64,000 bases of DNA from an uncultured Acidobacteriota bacterium (GTDB taxonomy: Bacteria > Acidobacteriota > Thermoanaerobaculia > UBA5066). The position numbers were made by a program, and so were the translations under genes. Location: contig CAVZYA010000002.1 of NCBI GenBank assembly GCA_963779415.1, positions 448,001-512,000 on the forward strand, read 5' to 3'. Positions 48,608-57,734 of the stretch are shown piece after piece (within the stretch, counting starts at the first letter, position 1; every line of letters begins with the position of its first letter). The notes below the pieces were generated by a model, which was not told where the DNA came from, ran no database searches, and saw only the letters and a list, made by a program, of their open reading frames with translations.

Positions 48608-49393
48608 ATGCCGCGCCGCTTCGCCCTCGGCCTGATCGGCCTCCTCGTCCTTCTTCTCGCCGCCCTCCTGATTGCGCGTCGTCTCGCGACGACACCGACG
48701 GGCCGTCCGGGAGAGACGCGGCCGGTGTCCGCTCCGCCGACCCCCGTCGTCCCTCCGACACCGATCCCCGGCCGGCGCGTCTCGCTCTTCTTCGAGCCGA
48801 AGGAGGGAGAGCTTTTCCGGGCCGAGAGGCGCGAGATTCCGGCGACGTCGGACGACGTTGCGTTTCTCCGGACGCTCGCTTCGGCGGTCCTCGACGGCCC
48901 GCGGCACCCGGATCTCCTCCGTCCCTTCCCGGAAGGGTGGAGCGTTCGGGGCGCGTACCGGCTGCAGGGCGGACTGGTCGTCGTGGATCTCGCCCCCCCC
49001 GCCCTCGCCCCCGTCGCCGGCGCCGAGGGCCCCCCCGTTCCCGAGACGGTCCTGGCCTCGCGCTGGCAGACCGGATCGCACGAGGAGCTGGCGGCCGCGC
49101 AGGCGCTCCTCATCACGCTGGCGAAGAACGCCCCGGACGTCGCGAAGGTGGTGCTCGTGATCGCGGGGGAGCCGGTCGAGACGCTCGCGGGGCATCTCGA
49201 TCTGACGCATCCGCTCCTGCCGGACCTGGCCCGAGCCGGAGAGGAGGCGCCGCTGGAGGTGGCCATCCCCCCGGCGGCGGAAAGCGTTCCGACCCCGCCG
49301 TCCGTCTCCCCGGCTCCGCCGGCGACGTCGCCCTCGCCTCCCCCGCCGGAACCGAAACGCGAGCGGGCCGGCCCGCGAACGGACGTCACGTGA
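48608..49393 (+). CDS. GerMN domain protein
   Basis: TM anchor; VVDL, GS.EE, ETLAGHLDL..P; amidase-gerMN-murI-rph context. Confidence 0.8.
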   Translation: MPRRFALGLIGLLVLLLAALLIARRLATTPTGRPGETRPVSAPPTPVVPPTPIPGRRVSLFFEPKEGELFRAERREIPATSDDVAFLRTLASAVLDGPRHPDLLRPFPEGWSVRGAYRLQGGLVVVDLAPPALAPVAGAEGPPVPETVLASRWQTGSHEELAAAQALLITLAKNAPDVAKVVLVIAGEPVETLAGHLDLTHPLLPDLARAGEEAPLEVAIPPAAESVPTPPSVSPAPPATSPSPPPPEPKRERAGPRTDVT

Positions 49394-50214
49394 CCGACCG
49401 CCGGCCGATCGGCCTCTTCGACTCGGGGGTGGGAGGGCTCACCGTCCTCGACGCGGTGGCGCGCCGTCTTCCCTCCGAGAACCTCCTCTATCTCGGCGAC
49501 ACGGCGCGGCTGCCGTACGGGACGAAATCCCCGGAGACGGTGCGGCGCTACGCGCGGCGGGCGGTGGAATACCTCCTCGGGCACGACGTCAAGGCGCTCG
49601 TCGTCGCCTGCAACACCGCCTCGGCGCTCGCGCTCGACCTGATCGAGGAGATCTCGCCCGTCCCGGTCGTCGGCGTCGTCGCCCCGGGGGCCGCCGCCGC
49701 CGTCGCGGCCGTCCGGGAGCTCGAGGCGGAAGGGGAGGCGCCCTCTCCGATCGCCGTTCTCGCGACGGAGGCGACGGTCGCCTCGGACGCTTACGGACGG
49801 GCGGTGCGCGCGCTCGATCCCGATCGAAAGGTCCTCCACACGGCGTGCCCGCTCTTCGTCCCGCTCGCGGAGGAGGGGTGGACGGACAACGAGGTGGCGC
49901 GCGCGGCCGCGGCGCGCTATCTCGGGCCGGTCCGCGCCTCGGGCGTGCGCATCGTCGTCCTCGGCTGCACGCACTACCCGCTTCTCCGGGGGACGATCGC
50001 CGAGGCGCTCGCGCCCGGAACGCGTCTCGTCGACTCGGCCGAGGCGGCCGCCGCAGCCGTCGATGCCGCGCTCGTTCCGGAAGCGCGGCGCGGGGGAAAC
50101 GCCGCCGGCGAGACGCACCTTCTCGTCACGGACGCGTCGGAGCGCCTCGCCCGGATCGCCGTCCGGTTCCTCGGGCGCGAGGCGGTGCGCCTCGAGGGGA
50201 TCGACCTTCCGTGA
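49390..50214 (+). CDS. murI: Glutamate racemase
   Basis: FDSGVGGLTV, DTARLPYG, VACNTAS, LGCTHYP. Confidence 0.95.
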   Translation: MTDRRPIGLFDSGVGGLTVLDAVARRLPSENLLYLGDTARLPYGTKSPETVRRYARRAVEYLLGHDVKALVVACNTASALALDLIEEISPVPVVGVVAPGAAAAVAAVRELEAEGEAPSPIAVLATEATVASDAYGRAVRALDPDRKVLHTACPLFVPLAEEGWTDNEVARAAAARYLGPVRASGVRIVVLGCTHYPLLRGTIAEALAPGTRLVDSAEAAAAAVDAALVPEARRGGNAAGETHLLVTDASERLARIAVRFLGREAVRLEGIDLP

Positions 50215-50240
50215 GCGCCCCTGGAGGAGAATCGGAGGCC

Positions 50241-51047
50241 ATGACGTCCCTCCTCCGCCCCGACGGCCGCGCGGCACGCGAGATGCGCCCCGTCTTCCTC
50301 ACGCTCGACCCGGTTCCCCACGCGGAGGGATCGTGTCTCGCCGAGCAGGGAAAGACGCGGATCCTCGTGACGGCCACGGTGGAGGAGAAGGTCCCGCCGT
50401 TTCTCCGCGAGAAGGCCGAGGGGTGGATCACGGCGGAGTACGGAATGCTTCCGCGCGCGACGCTCGAGCGGACGCCGCGCGAGGCCTCTCGCGGCAAGCA
50501 GTCGGGGCGGACGCTGGAGATCCAGCGCCTCGTCGGCCGCGCGCTCCGGGGCGTTGTCGACCGGAAGCTCCTCGGCGAGCGGACCGTCACGCTCGACTGC
50601 GACGTCCTCGTGGCCGACGCGGGGACGCGCTGCGCCTCGATCACGGGGGCCTTCGTCGCCCTCGCTCTCGCGGTTTCGAGGCTGCACGAGAAGAAGCTCG
50701 TGAAGCGAAGCCCGTTCCGCGAGGCCGTCGCGGCGATCTCCGTCGGGTGGACGGGCGGGGAGGCCGTCCTCGACATGACGTACGCCGAGGACTCGACCGC
50801 CGAGGTCGACTTCAACATCGTCGGGACGTCGGCGGGGCGCTTCGTCGAGCTGCAGGGGACGGCAGAAGGGGCGCCTTTCGGCCCGGAGGAGCTTCGCCGG
50901 ATTCTCCTCGTCGGGCGGAAGGGGCTCGCCGCCCTCTTCGCGGCGCAGGGACGCGCTCTCGACGGGCAGCTCCCGGCCGAGTGGTGGAAGGCGATCTACG
51001 GGTCGGTGCGCGGCGCGGCGGCCGCTTCGGCGTCGGCCGGCCGCTGA
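50241..51047 (+). CDS. rph: Ribonuclease PH
   Basis: RPDGR, GWITAEYGMLPRAT, GRTLEIQRLVGRALR, DAGTRCASITG, ELQGTAEG. Confidence 0.95.
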   Translation: MTSLLRPDGRAAREMRPVFLTLDPVPHAEGSCLAEQGKTRILVTATVEEKVPPFLREKAEGWITAEYGMLPRATLERTPREASRGKQSGRTLEIQRLVGRALRGVVDRKLLGERTVTLDCDVLVADAGTRCASITGAFVALALAVSRLHEKKLVKRSPFREAVAAISVGWTGGEAVLDMTYAEDSTAEVDFNIVGTSAGRFVELQGTAEGAPFGPEELRRILLVGRKGLAALFAAQGRALDGQLPAEWWKAIYGSVRGAAAASASAGR

Positions 51048-51057
51048 CGCCGGCGCT

Positions 51058-51823
51058 TCAGCCGAGGAAAGTCCGCAGCGCTTCCGCGAGGCGCCTCGGC
51101 TCCTCCAGCATCGGGTAATGCCCGAGGCCCGGAAGAAGCGTGAACGTCGCATCGGGACGGGCGACGAGGAGCCTCCGCGACTCCTCGGGCGGGGCGAGGG
51201 GGTCGAGCGCTCCCGCGAGGATCAGAAGCGGCGTCCTCGTCCCGCGCAGCCGCTCGACGAGGGGCGGAGCGTCGAGGACGCCGTCCACGCTCATCTCCAC
51301 GGCCCGGGCGAGCGCCGCCCCTTCGGGCCCCTTCCGCGACGAGACGGTCCGCTCGACGAAGGCTCGCTTTCCGGGCGAGTCGACCGCAAAGCCGTAGGCC
51401 GAGGCTCTCCGGAGCGAGGAGTCCGGGACGCTGGTCAGCACCGAGCGGCGCGACATTCCCTTCCACTTCAGCCGGTCCGTGAATCCGTACGGAAATCGCC
51501 CCGACCGGGTTCACGAGGACGAGCTTCCTGACGCGCGACGGCTCGCGGGAGGCGAGCTCTCCCGCCACGCGGCCGCCGAGGGAGTGCCCGACGACGTACG
51601 CCCGCGGAAGCTCCCGCTCCTCCATCTCGTTCTCGACGTACCGCGCGAGCGAGACGAGGTCATAGCCGCTCGCCGGCTTCGGCGCCGCGCCGCAGCCGAG
51701 AAGGTCGAGCGGATGGACGTCGTAGTGCTTCTCGAGGAGCTTCGCCGCCTCTTCCCAGTCGGCGGCGGAGCCCCCGACGCCGTGCAGGAGGACGAGAGTC
51801 GCTTTCGCTTTCTTCGCCGTCAT
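51058..51823 (-). CDS. Alpha/beta hydrolase (frameshift near 51490)
   Basis: LLHG, DLLGCG, GHSLGG, GALD, GHYP. Confidence 0.85.
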
Positions 51824-51842
51824 CGCGGAGAATGGTAACGGA

Positions 51843-51917
51843 CGGGGCGTAGCGCAGTGGTAGCGCACGTGCTTTGGGAGCACGTGGTCGCCGGTTCGAT
51901 CCCGGCCGCCCCGACCA
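51843..51917 (+). tRNA. tRNA-Pro (TGG)
   Basis: CGGGGCG/CGCCCCG acceptor stem, anticodon arm CGTGC-TTTGGGA-GCACG, GGTTCGATCC T-loop, CCA end. Confidence 0.96.
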
Positions 51918-51974
51918 CCTCTCCGTCACCCTCGGCAGGCCCCCGGAAGAGATCCGGCGTGCCGAGCCGGTCAC

Positions 51975-52001
51975 TATAATTGACAATTGAGACACGACCC
52001 C
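51975..52001 (-). repeat. GGGGTC-N-ATTATA motif copy
   Basis: Minus strand GGGGTCGTGTCT-CAATTGTCA-ATTATA. Confidence 0.85.
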
Positions 52002-52005
52002 GCTC

Positions 52006-52344
52006 TTAGGGCTTCCTGTGTCGCCGGCCGGACCGCGCCCCCTGGTACTCCGCCAGAGCCGCCGCGAGAAACGCGAGACCTTCCGACGACGTGGCGAGCC
52101 GGAGCGCCTCCTGGGCGCTCATCGTCAGCGCCCGCCGGTAAAGAACGGCCGCCGCGACGTGCCGCAGGACCTGGCCCAGCTGCTCGGAGACGCCCAGGGC
52201 ATCCGCGAAGGCGGGACTGCGCCCGGCGCCGGCCCTCGCGGAGGATTCGCCGATGCTCTCGACGAGCGCCGGGGAGAGCGACTCGCCGATGATGTCGGCG
52301 ACGCGGGCGATGCGGGCGAGGTCGGAGGGGCTGGGCTTCGGCAT
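52006..52344 (-). CDS. Small helical hypothetical protein
   Basis: ORF MPKPSPSDLARI... with genome-like codon usage; no recognisable motif. Confidence 0.55.
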   Translation of the reverse strand: MPKPSPSDLARIARVADIIGESLSPALVESIGESSARAGAGRSPAFADALGVSEQLGQVLRHVAAAVLYRRALTMSAQEALRLATSSEGLAFLAAALAEYQGARSGRRHRKP

Positions 52345-52497
52345 GGCGGGCCTTACTTCCCCCCGCGCTTCCACGTCTTCTTCAGCGGCCCGGACGGGGC
52401 GTGGGTCGTGGCGGCCATTTTCGGCTTTCTGATGCCGAATAACGTAATACCGCGCGCCGAGCCGGTCAAGGCGTCCGGAATCGGTCTGCCCGGGCCC

Positions 52498-52636
52498 TAT
52501 AGGGGGTCACGCCGTATAGGGGGTCAGGTACCAATTTTATATTATGTGACCCCCGGCACGCGCTCCAGTTCCACGTGCCACTTTCAGGGAAGGGCTCGAT
52601 ACCGTTTCCTATAATTGATAATGGAGACGCGACCCC
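52498..52636. repeat. Facing pair of GGGGTC motifs (REPIN/MITE-like unit)
   Basis: Plus copy GGGGTCAGGTAC-CAATTTTAT-ATTATG(TGACCCCC) at 52520 with TATAGGGGGTCA duplication; minus copy GGGGTCGCGTCT-CCATTATCA-ATTATA at 52610-36. Confidence 0.8.
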
Positions 52637-52724
52637 ATTTTTCGAGATGCCGTTTGCCGGGACTTCACCGGGCGCGGAGAGCCCGAACGGATCTCCTCCG
52701 GGCTCTCCACGTCCCCGGCTCCGG

Positions 52725-53690
52725 TCAGTCGGGAATCATCACGACGAGGTACCGGTCCCCCTTCCAGAACGCGGCGGGGTCCTTGACCTCGAGCTTCGAC
52801 GCCCCGGAGTTCGGGCCGCCGTCGACGATCTGGTAGCTCCCCTTCGGCTGCTCCGTGATGATGCGAACCTTGCGCGCGGGCGCGGGGATGGGCACTTCCA
52901 TGTCTTTCGTGACGTCGACCTGGCGGAAGACTCCGGGGTCGAACTTGCCGGTCTCGATCCACCGGCCGCCGACGCCGAGGATGTCGCCCTTCCTCTCGAC
53001 GACGCCCGACTTCTTCAGGACGCTCTTCGAGGCGATGGCCACGTAGGCCGTGTTGGACTCCTTCGTCTTCTCGGCGATCCGGGTCTCGCGCTCGAGGATG
53101 GCCACATCCTTCTCGGCGAGGCTGGTGGCCTGCGTCTCGACCGTCTTCGAGAGGTCGCCGACCCTGGTCTGGAGCTCGGCGATCATGGTCTCCCTCTCCT
53201 CGAGCGACCGCTTCAGCTGGTCCGCGAGCACCTGGAGGGACGCCACCTTCAGGCCGCTCTCCTTGTTGGTCTTCTCGAGGTGCGCGAGCTTCTGAAGGTT
53301 CTTGTGGATGGCGTCGCGGATCGACTGGATGTCCGCCTGGAGCTGATGGCGCCGGCCGCCCGCAGTGTCGCCTTCGCGGGCCACCTTGATCGAGGACTGG
53401 ATGGCCTTCAGCTCCTTGGCGCGGATCTCTTCGAGCCCCCTCGCGACGTCCTCGAGCGTCGCGTTCGCCTCGGCGGATTCAGCCTGGAGGGACTGCATCG
53501 ACTCCGAGAGCTTCTGGTTCTGGTCAGTGAGCTGCTGCATCTGGACCTGGGAGACGTCTCGCTGCTGCTGCAAATCGCGCTGCTGCTTCCACTCGAAGCC
53601 GCCGAATACGATCAGGACTCCGAGCGCCGTCGCGACCAGCACCGTTTGGAATGGTTTCGATCTTTCCGGTTTCTCTGTCACTTCGTCCAT
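52725..53690 (-). CDS. Membrane-anchored coiled-coil protein (Cbp1-like C-terminal domain)
   Basis: One TM segment, long coiled coil, NTAYV, L...GVVE..G, and L.V.DP..FW...YLVV. Confidence 0.7.
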   Translation of the reverse strand: MDEVTEKPERSKPFQTVLVATALGVLIVFGGFEWKQQRDLQQQRDVSQVQMQQLTDQNQKLSESMQSLQAESAEANATLEDVARGLEEIRAKELKAIQSSIKVAREGDTAGGRRHQLQADIQSIRDAIHKNLQKLAHLEKTNKESGLKVASLQVLADQLKRSLEERETMIAELQTRVGDLSKTVETQATSLAEKDVAILERETRIAEKTKESNTAYVAIASKSVLKKSGVVERKGDILGVGGRWIETGKFDPGVFRQVDVTKDMEVPIPAPARKVRIITEQPKGSYQIVDGGPNSGASKLEVKDPAAFWKGDRYLVVMIPD

Positions 53691-53740
53691 AGCGAACCTC
53701 CTTCCGCGAGATGCCGCACGCTGCGGCGTGTCTCCGTCCA

Positions 53741-53757
53741 CGCAATCGGCGTGCCTA
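53741..53757 (-). promoter_or_regulatory. Sigma-54 (-24/-12) promoter candidate
   Basis: Minus strand TAGGCACGCCGATTGCG (GG-N10-GC) about 50 nt upstream of the ATG at 53690. Confidence 0.6.
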
Positions 53758-53973
53758 GCAGGAACCAAGACCAGGAGCGTTCGGCGACGGGGGGCCTCGT
53801 GATCGAACGCACACTTCGACTCGAGTCGATACCCGAGATCGTCTATCGGGCCGTACCGATCGGCGCGGATCCGAATCCAACTCTCGTTGCGATTCAGTCT
53901 TAGTTGCGGCCCGGACAGATTGCGTCCCGAGGGGTCCTGGCGCCGCTCCCTGCCTCCGGTTCCAGAGTCGAGC

Positions 53974-55119
53974 TCACCCTGCGAGGTGCTTCGCCGCCGC
54001 CGTGAGGGCGGAGCCTGGGGAGACGGGGGTGCCGAGCGCACGGAGGGAGTCCTCGACGGCCTGAAGGGCGCGGACGACCTCGCCGGAGCCGATATTGCCC
54101 ATGTGACCCATCCGGAAGGCTTTCCCGGCGAGGGGGCCGAGGCAGCCCGCGACGACGATGCCGCGGGAAGCCATCTCCTTGCGGAAGGGGAGGTCGTCGA
54201 TGCCTTTCGGATGGAAGACGACGGAGAGCGTGTCGGCGCGACAGCCGGGGTCGGTGACGAATGAGAGCCCGAGCGCTTCGAGTCCGGCGCGGACGGCGCG
54301 GCCGATCCGCTTGTGGCGTTCGAAGCGGGCCGGGAGCCCTTCCTCGTGGAGGATCCGGAGCGCCTCGGCGAAGGCGACGACCTCGTTGACGCAGGGGGTC
54401 GCGAAGTACTTGCCCGGGTCCTCCATGACCGGAAGCCAGCGGAGAACGTCGGCGTAGTAGGCCGGGACGGCGGCCTTGCTCCTCCGCCGCTCGAGCGCGC
54501 GCGTCGAGAAGAGGCAGAGGGCGAGGCCGGGAGGGGCCCCGATCGCCTTCTGCGCGGCCGTGAGAAGGACGTCGACCCCCCACGCGTCGAACGGCTCGTC
54601 GATGCCGCCGGTCGCACAGACGCCGTCGAGGATGAAGATCTCGTCGCGGCCGTTCAGAAGCTTCGCGTAGTCGGCGACGGGAGCCGCGGTCCCCGTCGAG
54701 GTGTCGACGTGCGTGACGGTGACGGCGGCGTACTTCTCCTTCGCGAGCTTTTCGGCCACGGCGGCGGGTGCGACGGCCTGCCCCCACGCGGAGCGGAGAA
54801 CGTCGGCCTTCATGCCGAAGGCGGCCGCGAGATCGCCGTACCGGTCGCCGAAGTACCCCTGCGAGACGACGAGAACCTTCTCGCCCGGCGAGGCGACGTT
54901 GACGAGCGCGATCTCCATCGAGAGCGTGCCGCCGCCGGAGACGACGACGGGCAGGGCCGTGGCGCTCTGGCCGAGGGCGCGGAAGTCGGCGAGCGCGCGC
55001 CTGAAGGTCTCGACGAAGGCGGGGGCCACGTGCGAGACGGTGGCGCGGGCGAGCGCCGCGAGGATGCGGGGATGGACGGGCGTCGGCCCGGGGATCATGG
55101 TGAGGGTCTCGTCGATCAT
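53974..55119 (-). CDS. Class V aminotransferase (alanine-glyoxylate/serine-pyruvate type)
   Basis: MIPGPTP, GYFGDR, HVDTSTG, AAQKAIGAPPG, FRMGHMG. Confidence 0.92.
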   Translation of the reverse strand: MIDETLTMIPGPTPVHPRILAALARATVSHVAPAFVETFRRALADFRALGQSATALPVVVSGGGTLSMEIALVNVASPGEKVLVVSQGYFGDRYGDLAAAFGMKADVLRSAWGQAVAPAAVAEKLAKEKYAAVTVTHVDTSTGTAAPVADYAKLLNGRDEIFILDGVCATGGIDEPFDAWGVDVLLTAAQKAIGAPPGLALCLFSTRALERRRSKAAVPAYYADVLRWLPVMEDPGKYFATPCVNEVVAFAEALRILHEEGLPARFERHKRIGRAVRAGLEALGLSFVTDPGCRADTLSVVFHPKGIDDLPFRKEMASRGIVVAGCLGPLAGKAFRMGHMGNIGSGEVVRALQAVEDSLRALGTPVSPGSALTAAAKHLAG

Positions 55120-55910
55120 GGGAACTCCCTTGTCTCGGGGCGGACGAGCTCGAGGGGCGGAGGAGCGCCGGTGACGGCGCGGACGGCGGGCCCGACGAGG
55201 CCCGGATCGTCCGAGATGACCGAGGCCGCGCCCCAGAGGGCCATCTGCCGCGCGGCCTCGGGATCGTTCACCGTCCAGACGTGGACCGAGAGCGCCGATT
55301 CGCGAGCCTCGGCCATCAGGCGGGGCGTGACGAGCGAGGCGTGTGGAGCGATGGCGTCGCACCCCCGGGGGCGGTCCGGCCAGAAGCGCCCGGTCGGCCG
55401 GTAGGTGGAGGCGTCGAAGTTGAGACAGGTCTCGATTCGCGGCTCGATCTCCCGGATCCGCCGGAGCAGCTCCGCGGAGAAGGAGAGGACGAGGGCGCGC
55501 TCGAAGAGATGAAGCTGCGAAAAGAGCGCCGCGACGCGGAACTCCATCAGGCCGGTCCGCGGCGAGGGGCACGGCTTCAGCTCCACGAGAAAGCGCCCCG
55601 AGGAGCCGTAGCGCGCGAGGACTTCCCGAAGCGTCGGGACGCGGCCGCGCAGCTCGGCCGGGCCGGTGCCGTCGGCCGAAAGCTCGGCCATCGTCAGCTG
55701 GGCGACGGAGACTCGCCTTTCGCCGACGGTGATCTCGGGATCGTGAACGACGACGGCCTCGCCGTCGAAGGTGAGGCGGACGTCCAGCTCGACGCCGTCG
55801 GCGCCGTCGGCCTCGGCCCGGTCGAAGCTCTCGAAGGTGTTCTCGGGGGCCTTCGCGCTCGCCCCGCGGTGGCCGACGACGCGGGTGGGACCCTGGCGGA
55901 AGAAGTTCAT
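55116..55910 (-). CDS. Glycerophosphodiester phosphodiesterase
   Basis: GHRGAS..APENT, ELDV..T.DG..VV.HD, VELK, WTVND. Confidence 0.92.
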   Translation of the reverse strand: MNFFRQGPTRVVGHRGASAKAPENTFESFDRAEADGADGVELDVRLTFDGEAVVVHDPEITVGERRVSVAQLTMAELSADGTGPAELRGRVPTLREVLARYGSSGRFLVELKPCPSPRTGLMEFRVAALFSQLHLFERALVLSFSAELLRRIREIEPRIETCLNFDASTYRPTGRFWPDRPRGCDAIAPHASLVTPRLMAEARESALSVHVWTVNDPEAARQMALWGAASVISDDPGLVGPAVRAVTGAPPPLELVRPETREFP

Positions 55911-55935
55911 GGCGGCTGGATTATCCTCGTGCGGC

Positions 55936-57009
55936 ATGTCCCACCGCTTGCCGGGCCGTTCGAAGGCTGAAGGGCCTCCTTCGCGAAGGTCTCGCCCGCG
56001 GCCCGAGCCGATGCCATCCCGCGAGGACCGCCGCCCGCCCTCGCCGCTTCCGGAAGGTCCGTTCCAGGTTCCGATCTCGACGATCGACTGGCTCGTCTCC
56101 CGCGAAAGCCCGGCGGCGCGCTTCGTCGCCCTGCGCGACCTCCTCGGCCGTCCGGCGAAGGACCCCGACGTCCGGCGGGCGCGGCAGGCCGTCCCGCGCG
56201 ATCCCTGGACGCGCGACGCGCTCGCGGCCCTCCGGCAGCGGACGCTTCCGGGGCTTTCGCCCGCCGATCTCGCCCGCCGGTACGAGGGAGGTCTCTGGCT
56301 GACGCTCTTTCTCCTCGAGACGGGCTGCGACGCGACGCTTCCGGCGATACGCCACGCGGGAGACGTTCTCTTCGCGGCCTGGGAGAGAACGTTCGTGGAG
56401 CTGTCGCGGCGCGAGGACGTGGCCGTCGACCTTCCCTCCTTCACGATTCTCTGCCGCACCCTCGCGCTGATGGGGCACGCGGCGGACGGGCGGGTCCTTC
56501 TGGCCGCGGATTACATCGCCCGCGCCGCCCTCCTCGGGCGCTCCGCGACGGCCAAGACGCTTCTTCTCTTCGCCTCGCTCCCGTCGGCCAAACGGACGCC
56601 CGTCGTCGAGCGGGCGACCGCCTTTCTCCGGGAGCGTGCGGTCGGCACGGAGATCTCCCCGGCGCCGACCGCGGCATCCGGCCGCGCGTTCCTCAGGGCC
56701 GGATTCCCGACGGGGACGGAGACCGATCTCGTCGAGCTTCTCTGGGCGCTCGCGCTGACGGCCCCGGAAGGAGGGGTGGAAGGACGGGAAGGGCCTCTGG
56801 CGCGCGGCCTTTCTCTTCTTCTCGCCCGCGCGGACCATCGCGGGCGCTGGAAGCTCGAACGGACCCTTCCGAACGGGCTCCCCGTGCCGCTCGAGCGGGC
56901 CGGGGAGATGTCGCGGTGGGTCACGATTCGCGCCCTCGTCGCCGTCCAGCGTTTTCTGGGACTTTCGATCGAGACTCCGCGGGCCGCCGGGAAGCCTGCC
57001 CTCTTCTGA
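55936..57009 (+). CDS. Hypothetical all-alpha protein (prenyltransferase/squalene-cyclase-like repeats possible)
   Basis: IDWL....PAARF.ALRDLL, GFP....D.VE, GRW.L, SRWVTIRAL. Confidence 0.6.
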   Translation: MSHRLPGRSKAEGPPSRRSRPRPEPMPSREDRRPPSPLPEGPFQVPISTIDWLVSRESPAARFVALRDLLGRPAKDPDVRRARQAVPRDPWTRDALAALRQRTLPGLSPADLARRYEGGLWLTLFLLETGCDATLPAIRHAGDVLFAAWERTFVELSRREDVAVDLPSFTILCRTLALMGHAADGRVLLAADYIARAALLGRSATAKTLLLFASLPSAKRTPVVERATAFLRERAVGTEISPAPTAASGRAFLRAGFPTGTETDLVELLWALALTAPEGGVEGREGPLARGLSLLLARADHRGRWKLERTLPNGLPVPLERAGEMSRWVTIRALVAVQRFLGLSIETPRAAGKPALF

Positions 57010-57734
57010 TGAGAGCGCGACGCCTTCTCTCCGCCGCCTCCGGGCTCCTTGAGTCCGCAGCGCTCTTCGCCGCCTCGTGCACGCCTCCGGCGCGTCCCTC
57101 CGTGGACGGGTACGCCGCCCGGGTCACCGTCTCCGAACAAGGCGCCGTCGCGTCGACCTTCCAGATCGCGGTGCGGGGTCTCCGGCGGCGACGCGACGAG
57201 ACCACGTCCGGTGGGACGGTCCTCCTCCTGGACGAGAAGGCCCAGAAAGCATGGCGCCTCGACCCCGCCGCGAAGACCTTTGGCGAGGTCCCCTACGCGC
57301 GCGCGACCGACGAGATGCTGCCGGGCTTTCCGCTCGCCCCCGGCTTCAACGACCGCGAGGAAGCGGACAAGCGCGGGATCACCGACTACCGTCGAGAGAG
57401 CGACGAGATCTTCGCGGGAATGGTCTGCGCTCTCTGGCGCTTCGTCGACCAGCCCGACGCCGTCGTCTCCCCGTCGACGGTCTACTGGGTGGCCCCGAGC
57501 CTCGAGAACCTGACGATCCGGATGGACCGCGAGATCCCCAGGCCGGACGGGTCCCGGTTCCGGCGGAAGGTGGAGCTGACGGAGATCCGGGTCGGTGTCC
57601 CCGAGAGCCTCTTCGAAATCCCGAAGGACTATCGTCCCGCTCCGGCCCCCGGACGGGCGCTCGATCAGGGCATGCTGCTACCATCTCCGCCCCGGACCGG
57701 AATTGGGAGCCTGACCACGGAGGAGAGGTCATGA
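57009..57734 (+). CDS. Hypothetical lipoprotein (DUF4412-like possible)
   Basis: AASC lipobox candidate; C-terminal ESLFEIPKDY. Confidence 0.6.
   Translation: MRARRLLSAASGLLESAALFAASCTPPARPSVDGYAARVTVSEQGAVASTFQIAVRGLRRRRDETTSGGTVLLLDEKAQKAWRLDPAAKTFGEVPYARATDEMLPGFPLAPGFNDREEADKRGITDYRRESDEIFAGMVCALWRFVDQPDAVVSPSTVYWVAPSLENLTIRMDREIPRPDGSRFRRKVELTEIRVGVPESLFEIPKDYRPAPAPGRALDQGMLLPSPPRTGIGSLTTEERS

Noticed and set aside
52526-52554. Chromosomal dif site (TTTATA-TTATGT resembles a XerD arm)
   Set aside because: The left arm does not resemble a XerC site and the sequence fits the multi-copy GGGGTC family; not fully excluded.
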